DNA from: an uncultured virus (IMG/VR IMGVR_UViG_3300009034_000863)
Taxonomy: Duplodnaviria; Heunggongvirae; Uroviricota; Caudoviricetes
Virus record (IMG/VR): IMGVR_UViG_3300009034_000863
Reading direction: 5' to 3' (one strand)
Length of the DNA stretch: 64,000 nt
In this document: in pieces, positions 38,350-48,363 of the stretch
Position numbering within the stretch: position 1 is the stretch's first letter
How the letters are laid out: each line of letters starts with the position of its first letter
The notes under the pieces: generated by a model
Seen by the model: only the letters and a program-made list of their open reading frames with translations
The model's database searches: none
What the model was told of the DNA's origin: nothing
Program-made: the position numbers and the translations under genes

Positions 38350-38590
38350 TTTTTTAAAATTGTAAAGGAGAGAAATTGAAAGGAGGAGATGCATGTGGAT
38401 AATCTACATGATACACTTGAAGAATTGATGATGTCTGATCTTCCTCCAGAAACAATTAATATGATTCTGGATGATACAAACACATCTCTTCAAGAGAGAA
38501 TAAAAATACAGACAGAAATACATAACGGAAATAAATAAGAGGATACTATATTCTCTAGGACGAGAGGATATAGTATGACCCCATTTTTTT

Positions 38591-38908
38591 ATGGAGGAAT
38601 CAAGAATGAAACATGAAGAACACAGAACGATTAGTCTTTTAGTATTTGGAAATGAATATCCAGAAATCCACAAGTGGATAGATGCTAAGTTTTGGGAATA
38701 TGCTAAAGTTGGACTTTCATTTTATCATTGGAAAGAAAGACATCACAAAGAAGCAATTAAAAAGAAATATGGTGAAGGAACAGAAGAGTACAAAGTAGCA
38801 TGTCTCCATATTGTTATGGACTGGTATGCTCATGGAATGAAAGTGTTTAAATTACCTGAAAATGGCAAAGAAGTAACAGAATTACTTGATGAGGCTCTGT
38901 CAACATGA
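38591..38908 (+). CDS. His-rich phage-type protein (DUF6915-like)
   Basis: HEEH...EIHKWID...RHH...LHI. Confidence 0.55.
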   Translation: MEESRMKHEEHRTISLLVFGNEYPEIHKWIDAKFWEYAKVGLSFYHWKERHHKEAIKKKYGEGTEEYKVACLHIVMDWYAHGMKVFKLPENGKEVTELLDEALST

Positions 38909-39264
38909 AAATTTATGTAGATGGTTCTGGAAAGAGACCTGGAGCCTTTTGCTTTGTAGTTCCTGAAAAACATATAGTCAGAATATTCAATCAAGCTATT
39001 AATGATCCTATAACAAACAATCAGGCTGAGTATAAAGCCTTTATTGAAGCTCTCAACTGGATAAAGACGAACACAATTGATGAGGAGATAGAAGTATATT
39101 CTGACTCTAAGGTTGTAGTTAATCAGCTTAATCATACTTTTGCTATCAAAGATGATACACTTAGAAACCTTGCATTGGAGGTCTGGAAGTTAAGTGAAAG
39201 ACTCAACATTAAATTCATCTGGGTCTCTAGAAAGGAAAACAAAGCTGGCAAAGTGCTTGGTTAA
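38905..39264 (+). CDS. rnhA: ribonuclease HI
   Basis: IYVDGS, TNNQAEY, YSDSKVVVNQ, WVSRKEN. Confidence 0.9.
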   Translation: MKIYVDGSGKRPGAFCFVVPEKHIVRIFNQAINDPITNNQAEYKAFIEALNWIKTNTIDEEIEVYSDSKVVVNQLNHTFAIKDDTLRNLALEVWKLSERLNIKFIWVSRKENKAGKVLG

Positions 39265-39362
39265 TGGTTGTGAAACCTGCATACACTTTGTCTATGAAAC
39301 TTGTGTAGTAGACTGGAGAAGGGAAAAGAGAACAGACTGTCCAGACTATATGAGGAGTACAA

Positions 39363-39935
39363 ATGCGAAATTGGTTTACATCTGATACACACTTTGGTCA
39401 TTCCAATATAATCAAATATTGTAATAGACCATTCAGAAATGTTGATAGGATGAATGAGGTATTAATCAATAACTGGAACCAAAGAGTGTCTAAGAATGAT
39501 GTAGTAATATTCTTGGGAGACTTTATCTTTAAAGAAAAACATAAAGCTCCATACTTTATTGAACAGTTAAATGGGAATATTACTTTCATCAAGGGAAACC
39601 ATGATAACAACAATTCTCTTAATTCAAGAATATTACATCTAGTTATGAATTTAGGAGATAAGATGTTATTTTGTACTCATTTTCCTAAGAACTTCAATAA
39701 CAAGTTTGAAATAAACTTGGTAGGACATGTCCATGAGAAATGGAAAATAAGAAAAATATACAACTCTTATCTAGTGAATGTTGGAGTTGATGTCTGGAAA
39801 TATAATCCAGTTGATATTCAAGAGATACTGAAGGCTATTCATGATTATGAAGAGAACAGAGAATTAAAAAAGGAAGCAGAAAAATTGGCTAGAAAAAAGT
39901 TGAAAAATATAAAAGGGGGTAAACTGATTGTTTAG
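39363..39935 (+). CDS. calcineurin-like metallophosphoesterase
   Basis: SDTHFGH, LGDF, GNHD, GHVH, NVGVD. Confidence 0.9.
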   Translation: MRNWFTSDTHFGHSNIIKYCNRPFRNVDRMNEVLINNWNQRVSKNDVVIFLGDFIFKEKHKAPYFIEQLNGNITFIKGNHDNNNSLNSRILHLVMNLGDKMLFCTHFPKNFNNKFEINLVGHVHEKWKIRKIYNSYLVNVGVDVWKYNPVDIQEILKAIHDYEENRELKKEAEKLARKKLKNIKGGKLIV

Positions 39936-40098
39936 ACCAGCGATGGGATGGGGAAGAGGAGAAAATTATTATGATAGGTCCTCTTCCTACTGTGCCACTA
40001 GATGTGGCAAAATGGGTACCTCAGCATGTCTTACCTGCACTCTGAGGTTAAAAGGTTTAAATACAACTAAGCCTATAAGTAAAGGAGATGATGAAGAA

Positions 40099-40605
40099 AT
40101 GAATGAAATGACCATAAGCAAATTAGATGTTGAAAGAACTATGACTTTGAAATCTCTTCTAGAAAAAGAAGGAATGTTAAAAGTTGTAGAGAATAGAATG
40201 TGTCAAGTTCTAGTTGATGGCAAAGAGACAAGTGACTTAGATCAGAAGATTACAAAGAAGAGTGTGATAGCAATAGTTCCTCAAGTTGAAGGAGGAGGAG
40301 CAGGAGATGGAGTGGAATTAAGTGTTATAAAAGAAACAAAAGAAGTTGCTGCAGAACATTTAGATCCTAAAAAATTGATTGCAGGATCTAATTTGATTAC
40401 TCTAGTCCAAGAGGGATTAGCAAAGAAGGACCAATGTTTATGCCCACTTATTCATGATTGTTATTCTGATATTAAGAAAGAAGATTTCTTTAAACTATGT
40501 GAATCTGGTAAATACAAAGAATGTAGACATTTTAAATATTCTTCAGAATTCAAAATGCCTTTTGAATGGCTAGAACTTGAATGGGACAAAGATTTAGCCG
40601 AGTGA
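40099..40605 (+). CDS. ubiquitin-like domain (internal GG) fused to a 4-Cys domain
   Basis: TLKSLLE...VLVDG...LDQKI...IAIVPQVEGG then CP...C...C...C; start after GGAGATGA SD (ORF track start 39928). Confidence 0.65.
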   Translation: MNEMTISKLDVERTMTLKSLLEKEGMLKVVENRMCQVLVDGKETSDLDQKITKKSVIAIVPQVEGGGAGDGVELSVIKETKEVAAEHLDPKKLIAGSNLITLVQEGLAKKDQCLCPLIHDCYSDIKKEDFFKLCESGKYKECRHFKYSSEFKMPFEWLELEWDKDLAE

Positions 40606-40611
40606 AATTCA

Positions 40612-41560
40612 GTGTTCTATAATATTAAAATCAAAGATTCTAGAAGTATGGAAGAGATCAAAGATGATTCAGTCCATCTGGTGATAACCAGTCCAATGAG
40701 AGACAATAAGGGATTGGAGCATAGATGACTTCTTTTTCTGGTGTTTGACACATCTATGCTTGTGTGACTCTTCCCTGAGTTGTTTCTTGGAATACTATGG
40801 GGCACCAGCATGGGCTGGATTTATTGATAAATATAATCTTAGAAGAGAGGATAAGAAAGAAGAGTTCAAGATCTTTCATGAATATCTACATCCTGTCTGG
40901 GAAGAATCCTTTAGAATTCTGATCCCAGGTGGAAAGCTAGTAATCAATATTATGGATGTAGATGGCAAGGCTAATCTCTATGGTAGATGGATGAATAGTA
41001 CAGAGGTCATTACAAGATGTCAGGATATAGGATTCTTAGTCCGAGAAGATGTTATCTGGATGAAGTATCTTCAACACAAGAGTCCTTGTGGTTCTTATCC
41101 TAAACCTTTTGGTGTAGTATGGACTAATCTCTATGAACACAATATTGTGTTTCAGAAGAAAGGAAGAAGAGATTATTCTGATATGCCTGAATCTGTTAAG
41201 AGAGAGAGTCTGCTTTCTAAGAGAGAATGGGAATGGTTGAGAGAGAACTTCTGGAAGTTTCAGTCTGCTTCTGCTAAGAGAGAGAAGCATGTAGCTCCAT
41301 TTCCTATTGAACTTCCTAAGAGATTTATCAAGTTACTTACTTACAAAGGAGATATTGTCTTAGATCCCTTCCTAGGTTCTGGCACAACGATGAGAGTTGC
41401 TAGAGAGTTGAGAAGGAATTGTATAGGGTACGAGATTGATGAGTCTTATATTGACATCATACTTGACAAAATAGGTAGCAGACAGAAGTTATTTGGGATT
41501 ACTGAAAAAGATCAGTTTATGTTACAAACAAAAGGAGGAACTAAGAAATGGAAGATGTAA
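40612..41560 (+). CDS. N4/N6 DNA methyltransferase (beta class), split by an intron: exons 40612-40698 and 40793-41560
   Basis: Exon 1 DSRSMEEIKDDSVHLVITSPM joins exon 2 YYG...HVAPFP...VLDPFLGSGTT. Confidence 0.85.
40699..40792 (+). other. 94-nt archaeal BHB intron in mRNA
   Basis: CCAA/TTGG 4-bp helix with 3-nt bulges TGA and AAT, flanking helices; canonical cuts restore the reading frame. Confidence 0.8.
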
Positions 41561-41772
41561 TACCTCAACTCCCTCAAGGGGTTAGATACTGTGAAAAATG
41601 TAAGATGCCAGGGATGAAAATTTCTATCAAGGAATTAGAGTCAGGAGAGTTTGTAGAAGTCTGGAGATGTTTAACAATTATCCAGAATGATAGTGAAGAA
41701 GGAGTTGTCAGATGTGGAAATGAGGACCCAGTAACAGTTGAAATTAGGGACGGAAGATTGTTCAGGAAGTAA
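41548..41772 (+). CDS. Zn-ribbon protein
   Basis: CEKC...C...CG. Confidence 0.6.
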   Translation: MEDVIPQLPQGVRYCEKCKMPGMKISIKELESGEFVEVWRCLTIIQNDSEEGVVRCGNEDPVTVEIRDGRLFRK

Positions 41773-41986
41773 AGACCATGATCATATTGAAATGTAAAAA
41801 GAAAGATTGTGAAGGGCATCTTGTTGGTTGGAAGTTTGATGATACACCAGTATTATTGCCAAATAAAACTCATAAGGCAGAAGGTAAAGTTGAAGTAACT
41901 CCAGAGATAAGGAAACAACTGAAACTTAATCACAGTTCAGAACCATTTAATACTTTTATGAAAGTAGTACAGGAGGAATCTGAAAA

Positions 41987-42238
41987 ATGATTATTGAATT
42001 CTTGGGAATTACAATAATACTTGACGTTAAGATAAAAGGAAAGATATTAACTAATTGGAAGTATAGACCTTGGCTCCACAAATGGTGGTGGTGGAATAAA
42101 GTTCAAGTATATTTCTATAAGACTATGGCATATTTGACTATGATTCCTTTCATAATTGTTTGTTGGCTTGGAAATAAAGACTGGAGAGAAGAGAAGAAAA
42201 AAATAATGGAGGAAATGTGGGAAAATGATAGTGTGTAA
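41987..42238 (+). CDS. small membrane protein
   Basis: Trp-rich hydrophobic segment. Confidence 0.55.
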   Translation: MIIEFLGITIILDVKIKGKILTNWKYRPWLHKWWWWNKVQVYFYKTMAYLTMIPFIIVCWLGNKDWREEKKKIMEEMWENDSV

Positions 42239-42491
42239 AGAACATGTGAAGTATCTGAATAGAGGGATGACATACGAACCATTAGAACAGTTTGAACCCT
42301 CAGAAGAACATAAATGTGAGATATGTGAAGTAATAGAGAAATTTGTTAATAAACATCAAAGGTTGACTGGTTTCTAATGCAAAAAGTACTTGAGGCTTGT
42401 CCGTATTTTTCTGAGTGTGAAAACTTCAAGTATAGACTGTGTGAGGGGTCTATAGATGAATATATAAAACATTGTCAGGAAGATATGGAAA

Positions 42492-42716
42492 GTGGACAAG
42501 AGAATAACTAAAGGGTATATTTCTCTGGTGAAATTTGATCGTAGAGGGTACCCTAGTTGTGAGTTACATGGTGCCATGCATTGTGTCAATAAAGAACGTT
42601 CTATATGGAGATGTCCTATATGTCATATAGGAGTCTCTTTTGATATAATCAGAGTATTTGAGAGATGGTTGATGCTTACTGAATTGATTGTGAATCAGGA
42701 GGACAAATTAAAATGA
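42492..42716 (+). CDS. Zn-binding hypothetical protein
   Basis: CELHGAM...WRCPIC. Confidence 0.55.
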   Translation: MDKRITKGYISLVKFDRRGYPSCELHGAMHCVNKERSIWRCPICHIGVSFDIIRVFERWLMLTELIVNQEDKLK

Positions 42717-42935
42717 TAAAAGGCAAGAAGATGGAAATAGGACAATATTTACCAGAGACAAGAGAAGTAAACGATTGGAAGGGTTTTCGTAGAGTAACAG
42801 TATGGGTTGTCAGATTAGAAGATGATACAGAAGGCAATGATGTTTACTTTGACTGTGAGACTCAATGGGAAGCAGAAGTATTGTCAAGAATGGTAAAGAA
42901 AAATATAGAGTAAAATTCTTGTGGAATGATTTGAA

Positions 42936-43289
42936 ATGGAACTTAAAATGGAAAAATTGACAAGGGAACAACGTCGTACTCTTTCTTATTTGGTTCTGAT
43001 ATTTGGAGTACTTAGTGCCTTAACATGTTTGTTTCTTGCTACACACAAACCAATAGAGTATTTTGTGAAGGCTGAAGGAATAGTTACTAACATTACTTAT
43101 TCCTCTGGGGGAGATTATAGCATGAACGATATTACTACAGTTTACTTTGAAGATGGAACGGTTCTGGTAATCGGAGGAATTAGAAAAGGAATATACTTGG
43201 ATAGATATTATCAAGTGATTTATCAAAGACATTACTTCTTTACTTTCGCATCTGACTATTTCCATGAATTTAAAGAAGTCAAGAGATGA
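42936..43289 (+). CDS. membrane-anchored protein
   Basis: N-terminal TM. Confidence 0.6.
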   Translation: MELKMEKLTREQRRTLSYLVLIFGVLSALTCLFLATHKPIEYFVKAEGIVTNITYSSGGDYSMNDITTVYFEDGTVLVIGGIRKGIYLDRYYQVIYQRHYFFTFASDYFHEFKEVKR

Positions 43290-43411
43290 TTAAATGAATC
43301 CTTGGTTTATATTTAATATGACCATAGCAATATGCGAGACAATGATTATAGTAACTGCTTCAGTAGAACTAATACGATATGCAAAAGAAAATCTGAAGAT
43401 TGTGGTAACAC

Positions 43412-43579
43412 ATGAGTAGTGAACTGAGAAGAATGATAGCTGACATTATATATTCTGCAAATTGGCGTACAGGAAACGATGATTTTTATATGGAAGATGA
43501 GGATGAGATAGCTGACTGGATAATAGAGACAGTTATTAAGGCTCTAAATCTAAGAGAAGGAAGGTGGATTCAAGAATGA
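43412..43579 (+). CDS. 55-aa helical microprotein with WxQ tag
   Basis: Translated by hand; IIYSANW...GRWIQE; paralog of the next gene. Confidence 0.6.
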   Translation: MSSELRRMIADIIYSANWRTGNDDFYMEDEDEIADWIIETVIKALNLREGRWIQE

Positions 43580-43746
43580 ATAAAGAATTGGTAGATGAAC
43601 TAATGGAAATTATCTACTATGGAGATTGGAATGTGGAACCTGATGAGTGGTACCTTAATAATGAAACACAGGTTGCAGAGAAAATAGTTGAGGCTGTATT
43701 ACAACATTTGAACATGAAAGATGAAAAGTGGGTTCAAGATGCCTGA
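43576..43746 (+). CDS. helical microprotein with WxQ tag
   Basis: IIYYGDW...EKWVQDA. Confidence 0.6.
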   Translation: MNKELVDELMEIIYYGDWNVEPDEWYLNNETQVAEKIVEAVLQHLNMKDEKWVQDA

Positions 43747-44041
43747 ATTGTTTTCTGCTAATCCAAGAGCAAGAGTCATAGGAGCACAAATACACAATAC
43801 TAATATTGGAACTGAATTGGATGGGGAGATATGGTTTATTGACTGTTATTTTCTTGATTGTGTATTTATTAAACCGTTTGAAAATGGTGGGAGAATACCT
43901 TCTGAACCTGTTCCATATCTTAAAGGTTGTTCATTTATAGACTGTGTCATTGACAGTAAATATTTTTCTAAATGTTCTAATAATCTTACAAGAATTAATG
44001 ATCCAAGTCTTCAAGACAACTGGCAACAGATAATTCCTTGA
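43721..44041 (+). CDS. pentapeptide/beta-helix-like protein with WxQ tag
   Basis: FIDCYFLDCVF, CSFIDCVI; DNWQQ. Confidence 0.55.
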   Translation: MKSGFKMPELFSANPRARVIGAQIHNTNIGTELDGEIWFIDCYFLDCVFIKPFENGGRIPSEPVPYLKGCSFIDCVIDSKYFSKCSNNLTRINDPSLQDNWQQIIP

Positions 44042-44292
44042 TGGGGGTGATACAATGGGTACTAAGAAAGAAGTCGCAAATTTCTTTGGAGGAGCATACT
44101 GTTTTGTTTCTTGGTGTGTAATAATAGCATCAGTTATGTTTTCTCTATCTCCTGACAGTGAAGGTCGAATGCTACTTAATTTGACTGCTTTTGAAAGTGT
44201 AGTGGTAACATTAACTATCATTATACTTTTCTTGACTGGAATAGTATTTATGTGGATAGGAAAGGATTTAAAATAAACTAGGAGGATGAAAG

Positions 44293-44739
44293 ATGGACCA
44301 GATACTGGATAGACTGTATATAGGAGACATAGGTGATGCACTTGATTGTGAACTCAAAAAAAGAATAGGGATAACTGCACACCTCAGTCTATGTCCTGAA
44401 TTTAATATTGAACCATGTGGCGAGATAAAATGTATGGTGTGTAGTATTAAAGATGGAAAACCTCTTGAACATGTTCCAATCAACCTATGTGTAGATTTCA
44501 TAAAGAAATTTATCAGGTGGGGAAAAGTACTTGTCACTTGTGGTGCTGGATGTTCTAGGTCTCCAAGTATAGTCTTATGTTATTTATATGAGACTGGATG
44601 GGACTTTGATGAAGCATTGGCTTATATTAAAAAGAAAAGACCGATGATTTTTCCTAGTCCAGTAATTCTAGATTCTCTTAAAGATTATTATAATCTAAAA
44701 GAGTATAAATTAAAAGTCTTAGAGGAGGTGCTGAAATGA
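44293..44739 (+). CDS. dual-specificity protein phosphatase
   Basis: QILDRLYIGD, VLVTCGAGCSRSPS (CX5R). Confidence 0.9.
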   Translation: MDQILDRLYIGDIGDALDCELKKRIGITAHLSLCPEFNIEPCGEIKCMVCSIKDGKPLEHVPINLCVDFIKKFIRWGKVLVTCGAGCSRSPSIVLCYLYETGWDFDEALAYIKKKRPMIFPSPVILDSLKDYYNLKEYKLKVLEEVLK

Positions 44740-45194
44740 CAATAAGAGAATTTATAGATCAAGCATTCTTTTATCTTCTTCTGATATCAATATTTGGAGC
44801 AATTTGTGTTATATGTTGTGATAGTGATGATGGATACCACATAGAGAGTGAATATTGGGATCTCTATTATGTGGAAGCACCATTTGGATATATGTGGGTT
44901 GAAACTAGAGGAGCTTTTGTCTTTGGATGTGGAAGAATAAGTAGTGAACTACATGAGAGTTACATAATCAAATATTTTGATGGAGATGAGCTTCTAAGTA
45001 AGACTATGTTTGCTGAAGAAACTGCTGTAGTAGTAGATGAGACATTCAGACTAGAAAAAGAATTAACTTACAATAAAGTAAAAAACTTGTGGAGACCAAT
45101 GTACATTGAGAAAAATCCAATAAGAGAAAGATATATAATTCATATTCCATATCTACCTGAGATTGATCAGAGATGGGGAGGAGAATATCCTTGA
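44736..45194 (+). CDS. membrane-anchored hypothetical protein
   Basis: N-terminal TM. Confidence 0.6.
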   Translation: MTIREFIDQAFFYLLLISIFGAICVICCDSDDGYHIESEYWDLYYVEAPFGYMWVETRGAFVFGCGRISSELHESYIIKYFDGDELLSKTMFAEETAVVVDETFRLEKELTYNKVKNLWRPMYIEKNPIRERYIIHIPYLPEIDQRWGGEYP

Positions 45195-46051
45195 GTGAAA
45201 GAGATAAGCTACTTAAAGAATATAACGATAAACTTGAAAAACTTCAGGATGAATGTCCACATCCTAAGAAAAGTAAATGGAAAGAGTTCTGGTGGGCAAT
45301 AGGACATAGCTCAGGCTATGAAGTAAAAGTGTGTTTAAGGTGTGGGAAGATACTTGACAGAAGAGGCGGAATACAAGAAAATATTTGATGATCTTCCTGG
45401 TTCTGAGTTTAGACCAGATACTAAGGATGATATTATCAGATATTACAAAACAGTCTTGAGACGATGTAAAAAGAAGAGTTCAGATAGGAACCATATTATA
45501 TTTAGACAAAAATCTCTAATAAGAAATCTGAAATATCAGAGAAAGAAACTTAGAAGACAAGTGCATGAACTGAGAAAGAAGTATAATGAAGATGGAAGTT
45601 ATTGATAATGTCTGGTCATTTTCCAATATTTGAATTCTCAGATTATGAGACTAAGATTCTGAAAAGAGCTGTAGAGATATTGAATGAAATGGAGGACTTA
45701 GGTTTTGGTCCTCCAGATGAAGACATGATGTATGCTCTTCAAGAAGAAATAAAAAGGAGGAATGAGAACTGACTTTAGCAGAATTCTTTAAAGAAACAAG
45801 AGAGAAGAATTTCTGGAACGATTATATAGAAAACTTAAAGAAAGTATATGATATTCTTACTAGAAGAGGATGGAAAGAAAAGAGTGAACATTATATCAAT
45901 GGAACTCAAGACGTATATTTTGAGAAGGATGGTTTTGGTCTATTGATAATGTTTGGAGAAGCATCTGATTTTGGTTTTCCAGAAGAAGATGATGAGTATG
46001 AACCAGTACCTGAAGCTCAAAGAGAAATAATAGAAAAAAGGAGGAAAAAGA

Positions 46052-46498
46052 ATGAAAGAAACATATAAAGGACATAAAATAGAATATATGGAATATAACA
46101 ATGACTGGAAAATAGAACTAGAAGGAAATACATATTGTTTCTACACTGTAGGTCAAGCAAGAAAAGCTATTGATGACTATGAAGAAGCACGGAAAATGGT
46201 TGGAATAGAAGTAATAGGCTGGAGTTCTCTAAACGGTAAAATGATAGTTACTAGAATTTCTAGGATAAATCTGAAGGAAGATAAGATGAGAAGTGGCAAT
46301 TTTGCTTTTGATTTCATGGATAAGAATAATGAAAGATTACATACGCTTGGTCCTTTTATAGAAGCAACTCAAGATAATATATTACTTGCTAATAAATATC
46401 AAACAATTAGAAGTAAAGAAGAAGAACTCAGAAATCAAAGGGAAGGCATCTGGGAAATACTTATGAAGAAAAGAATAGATACTCCTCCCAAATGGTGA
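46052..46498 (+). CDS. hypothetical protein
   Basis: 148 aa ORF, GGAGG SD. Confidence 0.6.
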   Translation: MKETYKGHKIEYMEYNNDWKIELEGNTYCFYTVGQARKAIDDYEEARKMVGIEVIGWSSLNGKMIVTRISRINLKEDKMRSGNFAFDFMDKNNERLHTLGPFIEATQDNILLANKYQTIRSKEEELRNQREGIWEILMKKRIDTPPKW

Positions 46499-46505
46499 TG
46501 TATAT

Positions 46506-47381
46506 ATGAAAATATTCATAACTGGATCTGAAGGCTTCATAGGAAGCAACCTTGTTGAACACTTCAGCAAGGAACATGAAATAAAAGGATATGATATGAG
46601 AAAAGGGAAAGACATAACTAATGTTGAACAGTTAGAGAGGGCAATTAGGAACTTCAAGCCTGATTGGATTCTACACTTGGCTGCACAAGCATTTGCAGAT
46701 GCATCATTCGATGCTCCTATTGACGATTGCAATATCAATACTGTTGGGACACTTAACCTTCTTTTAATTGCAGATGCAATGAAAATACCAGTAGTATTCT
46801 TTTCGTCATCAGCAGTCTATGGATACAACGATAGTAAATTGACTGAGGACTTACCTCCTGAACCAATATCGTTTTATGGAGTGTCAAAGGCTTGTGCTGA
46901 ACTATATTGTAGATTCTTTTCTACTGTCTTTAACGATCATATTATAGTTTTTAGAATTAGTTCTGCTTATGATGGTAACAGAAATGTATCTATTAACAAG
47001 ATATGTGAGAAGGCTGTTACTGAAGGTGAAGTAACGATTGTTAATAATGGGGAGCAGTCAAGAGATTTTATTAACATAAATGATATTATACAAGCTATTG
47101 AGATTGCTTTGAAACATGAACTGGACCCAGGAATTTATAATCTGGGTACTGGAAAAGACTATTCCATTAATGAAGTGGTTTCTTTCATTGAGGAAGACTT
47201 AGGCAAAAAAATAAAAAAATCTCAAATAATTTCACCTACCTTAGAATTGAATAAGAATAAAATCTCTATTGAGAAAATTAAGGCTTATGGATTCAAACCA
47301 ACTATTTCCTTTGAGGAAGGTTTAAGAAACCTCTTGAGTAAGTACAAGAGTGAACAGGAGATTGAAGCAGTTAAAGTGTGA
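46506..47381 (+). CDS. NAD-dependent nucleotide-sugar epimerase/dehydratase (extended SDR)
   Basis: ITGSEGFIGS, HLAA, SSSAVYG, YGVSK, RDF. Confidence 0.9.
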   Translation: MKIFITGSEGFIGSNLVEHFSKEHEIKGYDMRKGKDITNVEQLERAIRNFKPDWILHLAAQAFADASFDAPIDDCNINTVGTLNLLLIADAMKIPVVFFSSSAVYGYNDSKLTEDLPPEPISFYGVSKACAELYCRFFSTVFNDHIIVFRISSAYDGNRNVSINKICEKAVTEGEVTIVNNGEQSRDFININDIIQAIEIALKHELDPGIYNLGTGKDYSINEVVSFIEEDLGKKIKKSQIISPTLELNKNKISIEKIKAYGFKPTISFEEGLRNLLSKYKSEQEIEAVKV

Positions 47382-47554
47382 TTATTGTAGAAAGGGTAGA
47401 CCTAGATTATGGAACAAGGATGGAAAGTTCTGTAATCCAGAGTGCTATCGTAAATGGAGACTTAGAAGATCAAAGAAAATCTCTTTTGGAAAAGGAGCAT
47501 TAAAGGGGAGGATAAGAGTTGGCTGATGAAACTGGACATTAAAGGAGGGATAAG

Positions 47555-48184
47555 ATGAGAAATATTTTGATAGGACTAGTTTTAGTTTCTGTCATTATTG
47601 GTGCTATAATATATGGAGCATCAGAACATCTGAAGTATAATGTTTATCTGAGTAAGACTCAGGAAGTTACCTTCAGTACTGTTTGTGATAACATCAATTA
47701 TTATGCTACTAATAGGTATCATAGTATTTCTAAACAAGGAACTGGAGAAGAAGAGAATATAACTTTTCATACTGACTATTGGTACAAATATGTTGATGGG
47801 ATAGTAGTTTATTCAGAATGGAAGTCTGATAAACATGCTGGAATCATAGCAATTACTGGAGAGAAACAGATTAAGACTAAAGATACTGAAAGCGTTGTAG
47901 CTATCTATACTGAAAGAAAAAGTCAAATAGAAAACTATAAAGTTGGTACAATAGTTTCATTGAAGACACCTAGTTGGAAATCTAATACCCATGAAGGAAA
48001 ACTATACAGATTTGTTTACAAACCATATGGAGAAATAGAAAAGACTGGTTTTGTAAATGCGGAAGATCCTGATTATACTGAAATATTTAATGCCATGAGA
48101 GACTATGAAACTGATCTTGATAATGATGCAATGTTTCTTATGCTTTTCATAATAGTAATAATGCCAATGATGATGGGTGATTAA
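47555..48184 (+). CDS. membrane protein (N- and C-terminal TM)
   Basis: Hydrophobic termini. Confidence 0.6.
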   Translation: MRNILIGLVLVSVIIGAIIYGASEHLKYNVYLSKTQEVTFSTVCDNINYYATNRYHSISKQGTGEEENITFHTDYWYKYVDGIVVYSEWKSDKHAGIIAITGEKQIKTKDTESVVAIYTERKSQIENYKVGTIVSLKTPSWKSNTHEGKLYRFVYKPYGEIEKTGFVNAEDPDYTEIFNAMRDYETDLDNDAMFLMLFIIVIMPMMMGD

Positions 48185-48363
48185 AATGGAAGAAGTAAAT
48201 AAGAAATGGGATGAATTCTGGACGACTTTCTGGATATTCTTTATTTCATTTCTTGTCTTGATGATAGTATTGTCTGTTGTTCTAATATTCAAAGACTATC
48301 TGATAATAATACTAAGACCTTATATCTACCTTCCTCCAATTATATACCCTATTTGGTGATATT

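Noticed and set aside
39928..40098. ORF-track N-terminal extension of the Ubl fusion
   Set aside because: The region is hairpin-rich, and a TATA-like box plus SD point to ATG 40099
40745..40792. ORF-track N-terminus MTHLCLCDSSLSCFLE of the MTase
   Set aside because: It is intron sequence; the real N-terminus is in exon 40612-40698
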